From positions 229,724 through 293,723 of the forward strand of contig JBDKTO010000074.1 in the NCBI GenBank assembly GCA_039680175.1: DNA of 64,000 nt, written 5' to 3'. The notes under the pieces are model-generated. The model was not told the DNA's origin, did no database searches, and saw only the letters and a list, made by a program, of their open reading frames with translations. How positions within the stretch are numbered: position 1 is the stretch's first letter; the number at the start of each line of letters is the position of its first letter. The translations under genes were made by a program, and so were the position numbers. Positions 29,945 through 38,938 of the stretch are shown here, piece after piece. This DNA comes from Veillonellales bacterium. GTDB lineage: Bacteria; Bacillota; Negativicutes; JAAYSF01.

Positions 29945-30569
29945 AGTAAAAGCTCTGGTCAGAGGCGCCAAATCGGTTCGCCTAACCGTTGCCGCACAAA
30001 AAATACTTTCTGATGTAAAAATAGGCGACAGCATAGCTGTGAATGGAACTTGTCTGACCGTAGTCGCTTGCGGCGATACATGGTTTACTGTCGATGTCAT
30101 GCCCGAGACCGTTGAACGGACGGCTTTGGTCGCTTTAAAGCCTGGTGATGCTGTAAATTTGGAGCGGACGCTGCGGTTAGGTGATCGTTTTGGCGGTCAT
30201 ATCGTCAGCGGGCATATTGACGGTACAGGCAGCATCTTAGCTATGAAGCGGGATGATAATGCGGTAGTCGTGCGAATTGAGGCTAAGCCGGAAATCATGA
30301 AATATATTATAAAAAAAGGTTCTATCGCAATTGACGGTATTAGCTTAACTGTAGTCGATTATGGTGCAAATTGGTTTACCGTATCACTCATTCCTCACAC
30401 TGCCGCGATGACTACCCTGGGGATCAAAACAACAGGCGATTCTGTAAACCTGGAGAATGATATGATCGGAAAATATGTGGAGAAATTGTTAGGACTTAAA
30501 GATCCGCCCAATAACAAACCGGCAGCTTTTACCCAGGCTTTTTTACAGGAAAATGGGTTTACGCTATGA
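29913..30569 (+). CDS. ribE: Riboflavin synthase alpha chain
   Basis: MFTGLVEELGKV... and two lumazine-binding repeats. Confidence 0.9.
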   Translation: MFTGLVEELGKVKALVRGAKSVRLTVAAQKILSDVKIGDSIAVNGTCLTVVACGDTWFTVDVMPETVERTALVALKPGDAVNLERTLRLGDRFGGHIVSGHIDGTGSILAMKRDDNAVVVRIEAKPEIMKYIIKKGSIAIDGISLTVVDYGANWFTVSLIPHTAAMTTLGIKTTGDSVNLENDMIGKYVEKLLGLKDPPNNKPAAFTQAFLQENGFTL

Positions 30570-30620
30570 AATAAAGGCAGATAACTTGCTTGCAAAACTA
30601 TTATATGAGGGGGATTTATC

Positions 30621-31832
30621 ATGAAATTCAGTGCTATTCAAGACGCAATTACTGATATAAAAAATGGCAGGATGGTAGTGGTTATTGATGATGAGGATCG
30701 GGAAAACGAAGGCGATCTATTGATGGCAGCAGAAAAAGTTACACCGGAAGCAGTTAACTTCATGGTTACTTATGGGCGCGGACTCGTCTGCATGCCTATC
30801 AGTGGCGCGCGTTTGGATGAATTGGGAATTGGTGCCATGGTGAATGAGAATACGGATAATCATTGTACTGCCTTTACTGTTTCGATTGATGCGGACACGA
30901 CAACTACCGGGATTTCCGCTCACGAACGGGCAGCAACCATTAAAGCAGTTCTCGATCCGAGGACCCAACCAGAAAATCTTCGCCGTCCCGGCCATGTATT
31001 TCCGCTTCGCTATGTGGAAGGTGGGGTGCTGCGCCGGGCCGGACATACGGAAGCTGCCGTTGATCTCACTATGCTGGCAGGCTTATATCCTGCCGGAGTG
31101 ATCTGCGAAGTTATGAATGAAGACGGAACAATGGCCAGAACGCCTGAATTACTGGATTTTGTCGCCAAACATAATCTTAAAATTATTACGATTGCCGATT
31201 TAATTAAATATCGCAAAATGAATGAAAAATTTATCGTCCGTGCGGCTGAAACCACTCTGCCGACGAAATATGGTACATTCCGGCTGATTGCCTACGAAAG
31301 TGAGCTTGATCGGCAATGCCACGTTGCCTTAATAAAAGGCGATGTAGCCGGTAAAAAAAATGTTCTTGTCCGCGTTCACTCGGAATGTTTAACCGGCGAT
31401 GTATTAGGCTCGCTGCGCTGCGACTGCGGTGAACAACTAGCAAGCGCTTTGCGTCGGATTGAAGCGGAAGGCACCGGCGTACTTCTTTATATGCGCCAGG
31501 AAGGACGGGGTATTGGTTTGGCAAATAAGATTCGTGCCTATGCCCTGCAAGATAAAGGCAAAGATACCGTAGAAGCCAATGAAATACTTGGCTTCGCCCC
31601 TGATTTGCGGGATTACGGCATCGGTGCTCAAATCCTGGCAGACATTGGGCTAACCAGTATCCGTTTATTGACGAATAATCCGAAAAAGCGGGCCGGGCTG
31701 GAGGGCTATGGTTTAAAAATTTCCGAAAGGGTACCGCTGGAAATGAAGGCTAACCGGTTCAATCAACGCTATCTATCCACTAAAAAAACAAAGCTGGGAC
31801 ATATCTTGAAACAGTATGAGGAGGCAAAATAG
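30621..31832 (+). CDS. ribBA: Bifunctional 3,4-dihydroxy-2-butanone-4-phosphate synthase / GTP cyclohydrolase II
   Basis: 403 aa. The N-terminal DHBP synthase domain carries [11 protein letters not shown]. The C-terminal GCH II domain carries a CxxC Zn site (CDCGEQL). Confidence 0.9.
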   Translation: MKFSAIQDAITDIKNGRMVVVIDDEDRENEGDLLMAAEKVTPEAVNFMVTYGRGLVCMPISGARLDELGIGAMVNENTDNHCTAFTVSIDADTTTTGISAHERAATIKAVLDPRTQPENLRRPGHVFPLRYVEGGVLRRAGHTEAAVDLTMLAGLYPAGVICEVMNEDGTMARTPELLDFVAKHNLKIITIADLIKYRKMNEKFIVRAAETTLPTKYGTFRLIAYESELDRQCHVALIKGDVAGKKNVLVRVHSECLTGDVLGSLRCDCGEQLASALRRIEAEGTGVLLYMRQEGRGIGLANKIRAYALQDKGKDTVEANEILGFAPDLRDYGIGAQILADIGLTSIRLLTNNPKKRAGLEGYGLKISERVPLEMKANRFNQRYLSTKKTKLGHILKQYEEAK

Positions 31833-31834
31833 AA

Positions 31835-32299
31835 ATGGTAAACACTTTTGCAGGAAAATTAGTTGCTGATGGTTTGAAATTCGGTATTGTGGTAGCAAGA
31901 TTTAATGAATTTATCACCAGCAAGCTTCTCGCCGGTGCTCTGGACGCATTGCAGCGTCACGGTGCTAAAGATGATGATATCAATGTTGCCTGGGTTCCCG
32001 GTGCTTTTGAAATCCCATTAATCGCGGCAAAAATGGCAGCTAGTAAAAAGTATGACGCTGTGATTTGCCTGGGGACTGTCATCCGCGGCAATACATCCCA
32101 CTATGACTATGTATGTGCGGAAGTATCCAAAGGCGTTGCTCAGGTGGGGCTTTCTACCGGTGTGCCGACAATCTTCGGCGTTTTAACAACGGAGACCATT
32201 GAACAAGCCGTTGAGAGGGCAGGCACCAAAGCCGGCAATAAAGGCTTTGATGCTGCGGCAGCGGCAATTGAAATGGCGAACCTAATTCACAATATGTAA
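31835..32299 (+). CDS. ribH: 6,7-dimethyl-8-ribityllumazine synthase
   Basis: 154 aa with ...ARFNEFIT...VPGAFEIPL... Confidence 0.9.
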   Translation: MVNTFAGKLVADGLKFGIVVARFNEFITSKLLAGALDALQRHGAKDDDINVAWVPGAFEIPLIAAKMAASKKYDAVICLGTVIRGNTSHYDYVCAEVSKGVAQVGLSTGVPTIFGVLTTETIEQAVERAGTKAGNKGFDAAAAAIEMANLIHNM

Positions 32300-32328
32300 T
32301 ATATTTCCAGGAAATAATCGGAGGATGG

Positions 32329-32898
32329 ATGATGAAAATTGGAATCATCAGTGATACTCACGGCTGCTCCCTTACTTGGAAAAAGATTTTTGACCGGTAT
32401 TTGGCAGATGCCGATTTGATTATTCATGCCGGCGATGTACTCTATCACGGACCTCGCAACGCCATTCCGGCTGAATACGATCCGAAAGGGCTGGCCGAAA
32501 GCTTAAACGCTTGTCCGGTTCCCATTATCATAGCGGCGGGAAATTGTGATGCCGAAGTCGACAGCATGGTTCTCCATATACCGATACAATCGCCTTACGC
32601 CTATGTGTTTGCCGATGGACTGCGAATTTTAGTGAATCATGGGCATAAGTTGAATGACCAGGAAAAGCTAGATAGCGCCACGGGCTATAAAGTCAATTTA
32701 TTTATTTCCGGGCATACTCATATTGCAGCCCTGAATACACAAAATGATATTACTTTGCTGAATCCGGGCTCACCCTGTATGTCCAAAAGCAAAGACGGCC
32801 ATGGTACAATTGCTGTACTAGCTGATTTGCAGCTTACCATATTTGATATTGAAACAGGAGAATCCCTTGTATCCCAAAAGTTAAAGACCAATGTATAA
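32329..32898 (+). CDS. YfcE-family metallophosphoesterase (phosphodiesterase)
   Basis: Calcineurin-like motifs (ISDTHG, GDVLYHG, GNCD, NHGH, GHTH). Confidence 0.8.
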   Translation: MMKIGIISDTHGCSLTWKKIFDRYLADADLIIHAGDVLYHGPRNAIPAEYDPKGLAESLNACPVPIIIAAGNCDAEVDSMVLHIPIQSPYAYVFADGLRILVNHGHKLNDQEKLDSATGYKVNLFISGHTHIAALNTQNDITLLNPGSPCMSKSKDGHGTIAVLADLQLTIFDIETGESLVSQKLKTNV

Positions 32899-32905
32899 TT
32901 GAGTA

Positions 32906-32948
32906 CAAAAATGCGCTGCCCGGTTTTATGCGGGGCAGCGCATTTTTG
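32906..32948 (+). terminator. Intrinsic terminator after the phosphoesterase gene
   Basis: aaaaatgcgctgcccgg ttttatg cggggcagcgcattttt. Confidence 0.65.
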
Positions 32949-32977
32949 GGAATGGACGACAAAAATCATAATAAAGC

Positions 32978-33020
32978 AGCCGGTATTTAAGTTTAACTTA
33001 AATACCGGCTGGGATAAAAA
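32978..33020 (-). terminator. Intrinsic terminator of rpmB (minus strand)
   Basis: agccggtatttaag tttaa cttaaataccggct. The A-run on the plus strand reads as a T-run on the minus strand. Confidence 0.65.
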
Positions 33021-33022
33021 AA

Positions 33023-33214
33023 TTATATTGCACGCTGAATCTTACCAGAACGCAGGCAGCGGGTACATACATTTATTCTTTTTACTTCACCGTTTACAAC
33101 TGCCTTAACCCGTTGGATATTAGGTTTCCAAGTGCGTTTGGTTTTTAAGTGGGAGTGGCTGACATTAAAGCCGCTGGTTTCACCTTTAGAACAAATTTCA
33201 CAAACATTTGCCAT
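33023..33214 (-). CDS. rpmB: 50S ribosomal protein L28
   Basis: MANVCEICSKGETSGFNVSHSHLKTKRTWKPNIQRVKAVVNGEVKRINVCTRCLRSGKIQRA. RBS AAGGAGGTG is present. A sigma-A-like promoter TTGCAT-18-TAAAAT lies on the minus strand at about 33255-33300. Confidence 0.9.
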   Translation of the reverse strand: MANVCEICSKGETSGFNVSHSHLKTKRTWKPNIQRVKAVVNGEVKRINVCTRCLRSGKIQRAI

Positions 33215-33444
33215 CTATTCCACCTCCTTTAATGAAGGACAAGATATCCTTAAATCAATAACAATAGTATTTTAGCATAATATAGGTAGTATATGCAAGC
33301 TCTGCAAATGATAACGCTGAGAAACAATAGCCGCGAGGCGTCCCCTGGATTGAAAAAGCTGCGATGAGCGATAAAGGCAGGAGTTTTTGCATATATAGGG
33401 AATATAAAAATAAAAACAAATAAGAGGATAAGGAGGCCAATATT

Positions 33445-33639
33445 ATGATTAATAGAAATACCTCGATAATGGAAGCTCTCCGTTCTCATCCGGGAGCACG
33501 GGAAGTGTTTGTCAAACATGGTATGGGGTGTATTGGCTGTATGGGGTCATCCAGCGAAACAATAGAAAATGGTGCTAAAATGCATGACATTGACCTTGAG
33601 GCATTACTTAAGGAGCTAAACGAATTGCAGAAAAATTAA
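33445..33639 (+). CDS. DUF1858-domain small protein (hybrid-cluster-protein-associated redox-disulfide-like CxxC protein), paralogue 1
   Basis: 64 aa with [21 protein letters not shown] is present. A paralogue lies at 52606-52806. Confidence 0.7.
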   Translation: MINRNTSIMEALRSHPGAREVFVKHGMGCIGCMGSSSETIENGAKMHDIDLEALLKELNELQKN

Positions 33640-33671
33640 AGGCGAAAGGTTTATTTGCCTTTAATTGTGAG

Positions 33672-35750
33672 GTGAGGCTTTTGCCGAACAGCAGCAACAA
33701 TCTTAATATCAAATATATAAAAGGGGTTGGCCCCGCCAGAGCCGAAATCTTAGCTGAGTTAGGAATTTATACTGTCAGCGATCTTCTTACCCACTACCCA
33801 AGACGATATGAGGATCGCAGCCGCTTGAAAGAAATTTGCGCTTTGACTGATAATACGGTAGAAACCTTTCGGGCAACCGTAACGGGCGCAAACGAAATAA
33901 AACCGCGGCGTGGTTTAACCCTTACTAAAATCACGGTAAAAGATTCGTCAGGCTTCGCTTACTTAGTTTGGTTTAATCAATCCTATAAAAAAAATGTATT
34001 TAAACCGGGAATGAATCTTGTGGTTTCGGGGAAAATTCAACGTCGGTTACATCAAATTGAAGTGGTTCATCCGGAAGTGGAAATCATCGGCGACGAATCA
34101 GATATGTTGAATGCTGGCCGTATCGTACCCATTTATCCGGCAAATGAAAAAATAACGCAGCGAACGCTGCGAACTTTACTAAATAATGTTTTTACTATGC
34201 TGGATTCAGCGGAATCTATTTTAGAAACTTTACCGGCGAAGGTGCTTCACGATTTTCATCTTCTGGATCGGTCAACCGCTCTGCACCAGATACACTTTCC
34301 CACCAATAAAGTATCCTTAAATGCAGCAAGACGGCGTCTGGCGTTTGAAGAACTTTATTTAATGCAGTGCGGCTTGGCATACTTACGCAAAAAAAACCGT
34401 CAAAATAGAAACGGTATCAAACATAGCCCGAATGGTTCACTGGTGCAAGCTTTTAAAAAATCACTTCCCTTTGTGCTTACCGCTGATCAACAGCAAGTCA
34501 TCCGGGAAATCGAAGCCGATATGGAAGATGTCCTGCCAATGCAGCGTCTGGTGCAGGGAGATGTAGGATCAGGGAAAACTGTTATTGCTGCGATTGCCTT
34601 AGCCAAAACGGTGGAAAACGGATATCAGGGAGCGTTTATGGTTCCGACTGAGATTCTCGCCGAGCAGCATTATCATTCTCTTGGAGGACTATTTGCCCCT
34701 CTTGGTATCCGCCTTGCTGTTTTAACCGGCAGACTTTCTCGCCGTGTTCGCGCAGAAACTTTATTGCAAATTAAAAATGGCTTGGCCGATATCATACTGG
34801 GGACCCATGCTCTGATTCAAGAAGACGTAGAATTTCAAAAGCTTGGTCTTATTGTAACCGATGAGCAGCATCGGTTTGGCGTACAACAACGAGCAAAACT
34901 GCAGGATAAAGGTGATATGCCGGATGTGATTGTCATGACCGCAACACCCATACCACGTACTATGGCTCTTACGGTATATGGCGATTTAGATGTTTCGGTA
35001 ATCCGGCAATTGCCTCCCGGAAGAAAACCGATTCGAACCTTTGTCCGCAACAGCGATCGTCGGGGAAAGATTTATCAGTTCTTGGTCAATGAAATTAAAA
35101 AGGGCAGACAAGCCTATATTGTCTGCCCTTTAGTTGAAGAATCTTCCAGAATTGAAGCACAGTCTGCCGTAGAGTTATATGAACAACTTACGAAGACATA
35201 TCTAAAGGATATTGATTGCGGCTTAGTTCATGGCAAAATGAAGCCAAATGAAAAAGATGCTGTGATGGATGGGTTTTACCGGGGAGCAATTAAAGTTTTG
35301 GTGGCCACAACAGTGATTGAAGTTGGCGTCAATGTTCCTAATGCTACTGTAATGGTGGTGGAAGGAGCCGAAAGGTTCGGCCTTGCCCAATTGCACCAGC
35401 TTCGCGGCAGAATTGGGCGCGGCAACTATCAATCCTATTGCATCTTACTTTCTGACAGCAAGAGTAAAGAAACGCAGGAACGACTGGCGATCATGACGCA
35501 AACAGCCGACGGCTTCCGCTTAGCCGAAGAAGATCTTCGTATACGGGGACCCGGTCAATTTTTTGGTACTCGTCAGCACGGTCTCCCCGATTTGAAAATT
35601 GCCGACATTACCCGGGATATAGCCATACTGTTAGAAGCAAGGACTGCTGCCCAGCAAACGATTCATGTCCCGGAAGAATTAAACAGTGTACGTCCTGCTT
35701 TGGAAAAGTGGTTTGGTGATCAATCCTATGAAATGATATTCTGCAATTAG
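33672..35750 (+). CDS. recG: ATP-dependent DNA helicase RecG
   Basis: 692 aa with a wedge domain and helicase motifs ([24 protein letters not shown]). The start codon is non-ATG. Confidence 0.9.
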   Translation: MRLLPNSSNNLNIKYIKGVGPARAEILAELGIYTVSDLLTHYPRRYEDRSRLKEICALTDNTVETFRATVTGANEIKPRRGLTLTKITVKDSSGFAYLVWFNQSYKKNVFKPGMNLVVSGKIQRRLHQIEVVHPEVEIIGDESDMLNAGRIVPIYPANEKITQRTLRTLLNNVFTMLDSAESILETLPAKVLHDFHLLDRSTALHQIHFPTNKVSLNAARRRLAFEELYLMQCGLAYLRKKNRQNRNGIKHSPNGSLVQAFKKSLPFVLTADQQQVIREIEADMEDVLPMQRLVQGDVGSGKTVIAAIALAKTVENGYQGAFMVPTEILAEQHYHSLGGLFAPLGIRLAVLTGRLSRRVRAETLLQIKNGLADIILGTHALIQEDVEFQKLGLIVTDEQHRFGVQQRAKLQDKGDMPDVIVMTATPIPRTMALTVYGDLDVSVIRQLPPGRKPIRTFVRNSDRRGKIYQFLVNEIKKGRQAYIVCPLVEESSRIEAQSAVELYEQLTKTYLKDIDCGLVHGKMKPNEKDAVMDGFYRGAIKVLVATTVIEVGVNVPNATVMVVEGAERFGLAQLHQLRGRIGRGNYQSYCILLSDSKSKETQERLAIMTQTADGFRLAEEDLRIRGPGQFFGTRQHGLPDLKIADITRDIAILLEARTAAQQTIHVPEELNSVRPALEKWFGDQSYEMIFCN

Positions 35751-35780
35751 AAAAAAAAGGCGGCAAATAGCCGCCAATTA
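35751..35780 (-). terminator. Hairpin with an A-run only on the plus-strand 5' side (reads as an intrinsic terminator on the minus strand)
   Basis: aaaaaaaa ggcggc aaata gccgcc aatta. No T-run follows on the plus strand. Confidence 0.4.
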
Positions 35781-35920
35781 TGGGAGAGGAGAAAATTTAC
35801 GTTATTAATGTGCACCAATGTAAATATAAATATACATCTTATGAAAAAGTTTTTTTAATTATTTTACTATCATTGGGTACACACTAGCAGTAGTAGAAAG
35901 TGTGGGGGTGATTTTAAAAA

Positions 35921-36130
35921 ATGAGTCCTGCTATCTATAGTGAAGACCAGCTTCGTCGTATTGCAATAGAATGCCATGAGTTTGAACATATTATTACTGC
36001 GATGGGTTATGGCTTTTCATTATTGAATGTTTCCCCGGACAACTTTATACGCCGCTGCAGCGACTGCGTACATTGGTTCGATAGCTCATGTAATATATTT
36101 CAGCATGAAATAAATCGATGGAATTCGTAA
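35921..36130 (+). CDS. Small Cys/His-rich hypothetical protein (69 aa)
   Basis: RBS GTGGGGGTGA lies 10 nt upstream. An 18-bp perfect-stem terminator starts immediately after the stop. The protein carries the motifs CHEFEH and CSDCVHWFDSSC and has no recognisable family. Confidence 0.45.
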   Translation: MSPAIYSEDQLRRIAIECHEFEHIITAMGYGFSLLNVSPDNFIRRCSDCVHWFDSSCNIFQHEINRWNS

Positions 36131-36178
36131 AAAGGGGCTGAGCTGAAATTTGAATTTCAGCTCAGCCCCTTTCTCTGT
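36131..36178 (+). terminator. Strong intrinsic terminator (18-bp perfect stem)
   Basis: aggggctgagctgaaatt tg aatttcagctcagcccct ttctctgtct. Confidence 0.75.
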
Positions 36179-36201
36179 CTATTTATTCTACCTAATTTTG
36201 T

Positions 36202-36228
36202 AATATTATCAGCGGCATGTCATATATT
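36202..36228 (+). promoter_or_regulatory. Candidate sigma-E-type sporulation promoter upstream of spoIVA
   Basis: AATATT-13nt-CATATATT resembles the sigma-E consensus (ATATT ... CATACAnT). This is a by-eye match only. Confidence 0.25.
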
Positions 36229-36387
36229 TATAATGGTTAATCACATGCCGTCTAACTGGCCGTTTAGCAAATACTAATTCCTTCTCGTCCGGTTATCACT
36301 TTTGCTTAAGGGAGGGATGAATGCGGGGTTTAGTGGGCTATGCTCACATGAGTAGATAATGTTAGTTATGGGGAGGGACATGATTGG

Positions 36388-37866
36388 ATGGAAAAATTTG
36401 ACCTATTTCGCGATATTGCCGAACGTACTGGCGGTGATATTTATATAGGGGTAGTAGGGCCAGTACGTACAGGAAAATCAACATTTATTAAAAGATTTAT
36501 GGAAACGATGGTCTTACCAAATATCACAGATCCTTACGATAAAGAAAGAGCGAAAGATGAATTGCCGCAAAGTGCTGCCGGTAAAACTATTATGACCACT
36601 GAACCCAAATTCATTCCCAATGAGGCCGTAGAAATTAATATTAAAGATAATGTGAATGTAAGAGTCCGGGTGGTCGATTGTGTTGGTTACACGGTTGACG
36701 GAGCTTTGGGCTATGAAGAAGAAGATGGCCCGCGAATGGTACTGACTCCCTGGTATGATCATGAAATTCCTTTTCAGGAAGCGGCGGAAGTAGGAACCAG
36801 AAAAGTGATTGCCGAGCATTCGACTATTGGTATCGTGATTACGACAGATGGCACTGTTACGGATTTGTCACGAGAAAAATATCTGGCTGCCGAAGAACGG
36901 GTTGTCAAAGAATTGAAAGAATTGGAAAAACCATTTCTGCTCATCTTGAATACAAACCAGCCTACCAACAAAGAAACCCGTGAGTTAGTGGCAAAACTGG
37001 AAACCGCTTATGATGTGCCGGTAATTCCCGTAGACTGCGCCCAATTGAATCATGACGATATTTATGCGATTTTACAGGAAGTACTGTATGAATTTCCGGT
37101 TAAAGAAGTTAATATTTCCTTGCCGAAATGGGTGGAAGAACTGGATACTGAACATTGGCTGCGACAAAAATTCGATGGTTCCGTCCATGAGGTACTGCAG
37201 TATGTACGACGCCTGCGGGATATTGACCGGGCCATTGATGATTTATCCGGGTATGATTTTGTAGCCGATGTTATCCTGCATGACATGGATCTTGGCAGTG
37301 GGTTAGCCGTGATCGAAATAACTGCCCGTAATGATTTATTCTATCAGGTGCTGGAAGAACTTACCGGATTCACCATTACCGGCGAACATCATCTGCTGAG
37401 GCTTATGAAAGATTTAGCGGTAGCCAAACGGGAATATGACAAATTAGCCGGTGCTCTGGAACAAGTGCAGCAAACCGGCTATGGAATTGTACAGCCTCAG
37501 CTTGACGAGATGATCTTGGAAGAACCGGAAATTATTCGCACAGGGAATCGTTTTGGCGTAAGACTCCGGGCTATGGCGCCATCACTTCATATTATCAAAA
37601 CCGACGTTCAAGCAGAAATTTCACCTATTATTGGAACGGAAAAACAAAGCGAAGAATTAGTCCAATACCTGATGCGTGAGTTTGAAGGAGAGCCGGAAAA
37701 AATCTGGCGCACCAACTTATTTGGTAAATCCCTGAATGCCTTAGTGAGGGAGGGTATCCAAAACAAACTGTCCAGTATGCCGGAAAATGCACAAACGAAA
37801 TTAAAGGATACTCTGCAGAAAATTGTTAATGATGGCAGCGGTGGTTTAATATGCATTATCTTTTAA
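36388..37866 (+). CDS. spoIVA: Stage IV sporulation protein A (spore coat morphogenetic ATPase)
   Basis: MEKFDLFRDIAERTGGDIYIGVVGPVRTGKSTFIKRFME... (Walker A), 492 aa. RBS GGGAGGGAC is present. Confidence 0.9.
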   Translation: MEKFDLFRDIAERTGGDIYIGVVGPVRTGKSTFIKRFMETMVLPNITDPYDKERAKDELPQSAAGKTIMTTEPKFIPNEAVEINIKDNVNVRVRVVDCVGYTVDGALGYEEEDGPRMVLTPWYDHEIPFQEAAEVGTRKVIAEHSTIGIVITTDGTVTDLSREKYLAAEERVVKELKELEKPFLLILNTNQPTNKETRELVAKLETAYDVPVIPVDCAQLNHDDIYAILQEVLYEFPVKEVNISLPKWVEELDTEHWLRQKFDGSVHEVLQYVRRLRDIDRAIDDLSGYDFVADVILHDMDLGSGLAVIEITARNDLFYQVLEELTGFTITGEHHLLRLMKDLAVAKREYDKLAGALEQVQQTGYGIVQPQLDEMILEEPEIIRTGNRFGVRLRAMAPSLHIIKTDVQAEISPIIGTEKQSEELVQYLMREFEGEPEKIWRTNLFGKSLNALVREGIQNKLSSMPENAQTKLKDTLQKIVNDGSGGLICIIF

Positions 37867-37868
37867 TG

Positions 37869-37903
37869 AAAAAGCAGCCGGTCTGTAAGACTGGCTGCTT
37901 TTT
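37869..37903. terminator. Bidirectional terminator between convergent spoIVA and the deacetylase gene
   Basis: aaaaagcagccggtc tgtaa gactggctgcttttt. Confidence 0.7.
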
Positions 37904-37905
37904 CA

Positions 37906-38823
37906 TTACCATGGCGGCGGCGTTTGAGCATTAATCACACGGAATGTAAAACCATGCTCTTTAAAAAATTTAATAATTTCGGGAAGTGCCTTGACTGTTT
38001 CGCCATGGCCGCTTCCGTCATGCATCAGCACAATTGCATGGCTCCACAAAAACTTATTATCCATTTGGTACACGATATTGCCAACCAGCTGTTCGGCTTT
38101 GGCACTCGAAGCATCACCGGAACTAACGTTCCAGCCTTCTTCAAGATAGCCTTCTTGTTTCAAAAGTTCCCAATACGCCTTGGTAAAGCTGCCGACTGAT
38201 CCCCCGGGAGCGCGAGAAATATGGGGACGAACGCCAATGACGTTTTTAATAATTTCATCCGTCCGATGAAGCTGCCCGGTATAAGAAGCCGGAGATTGAT
38301 AAAGCTGGCGGTAAATGTGGTTATAGGAATGATTTCCAATGGCATGCCCGTCTTGATAAACCATTTGTAATACATCAGGAAACTTTTCTACTTGCGTGCC
38401 GACTACAAAAAAAGTAGCCTTAATCCCGTTATCTTTCAGAATTTGTAATACTTCCGGCGTGTTTTGCGGATCAGGACCGTCATCAAAGGTTAAATAAACC
38501 ACTTTTTCACCATAGTAAGGCGGAAGCACCGGCAACTGAGTCGGCAGATTTCCTGCCTGCCGCTCGGCGACTGTCAGCGTATCGTAAAAGGGCTGATCAC
38601 CCGGCGGTAATTCCATATTATTTTCAGCAAGATAATAAGCATCCGGATGATCCGGCGCCGGTGCCGAATCAAGGCCGTCGCTGCTCGCAGAATCTATCGC
38701 AGGAGAAAAAGCAGCGGAATCCAAGTAAAAAGCTAAGGTAATAAGAGGAGAAGAAATCAATAATGTAAGGAAAAAAGTTAAACCAACACAAAGAGTTCGA
38801 AAGGTACTGGAATTTCTTATCAT
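37906..38823 (-). CDS. Polysaccharide deacetylase (NodB-domain, PdaA/PdaB-like) with an N-terminal signal/anchor
   Basis: NodB motifs TFDDGP and HSYNH, plus an N-terminal hydrophobic segment. Confidence 0.8.
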   Translation of the reverse strand: MIRNSSTFRTLCVGLTFFLTLLISSPLITLAFYLDSAAFSPAIDSASSDGLDSAPAPDHPDAYYLAENNMELPPGDQPFYDTLTVAERQAGNLPTQLPVLPPYYGEKVVYLTFDDGPDPQNTPEVLQILKDNGIKATFFVVGTQVEKFPDVLQMVYQDGHAIGNHSYNHIYRQLYQSPASYTGQLHRTDEIIKNVIGVRPHISRAPGGSVGSFTKAYWELLKQEGYLEEGWNVSSGDASSAKAEQLVGNIVYQMDNKFLWSHAIVLMHDGSGHGETVKALPEIIKFFKEHGFTFRVINAQTPPPW

Positions 38824-38938
38824 ACTCTAGCCCCGCATAGAAGTAAATTTCGTATAATCTTGTATTCGCCACAGCGGCATGATTTCCTGCGTGTAAATTG
38901 TATTCGGTCTTGGAATACTACTGTTTAGGGGGAGTGCA

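Noticed and set aside
30717-31631. Several antisense ORFs within ribBA (30717-31046, 31010-31255, 31231-31524, 31437-31631)
   Set aside because: All lie inside the well-conserved ribBA coding region on the opposite strand. They are shadow ORFs.
32899-33108. 69-aa plus-strand ORF between the phosphoesterase gene and rpmB
   Set aside because: It spans two terminator hairpins and then runs antisense into rpmB. It has no RBS.
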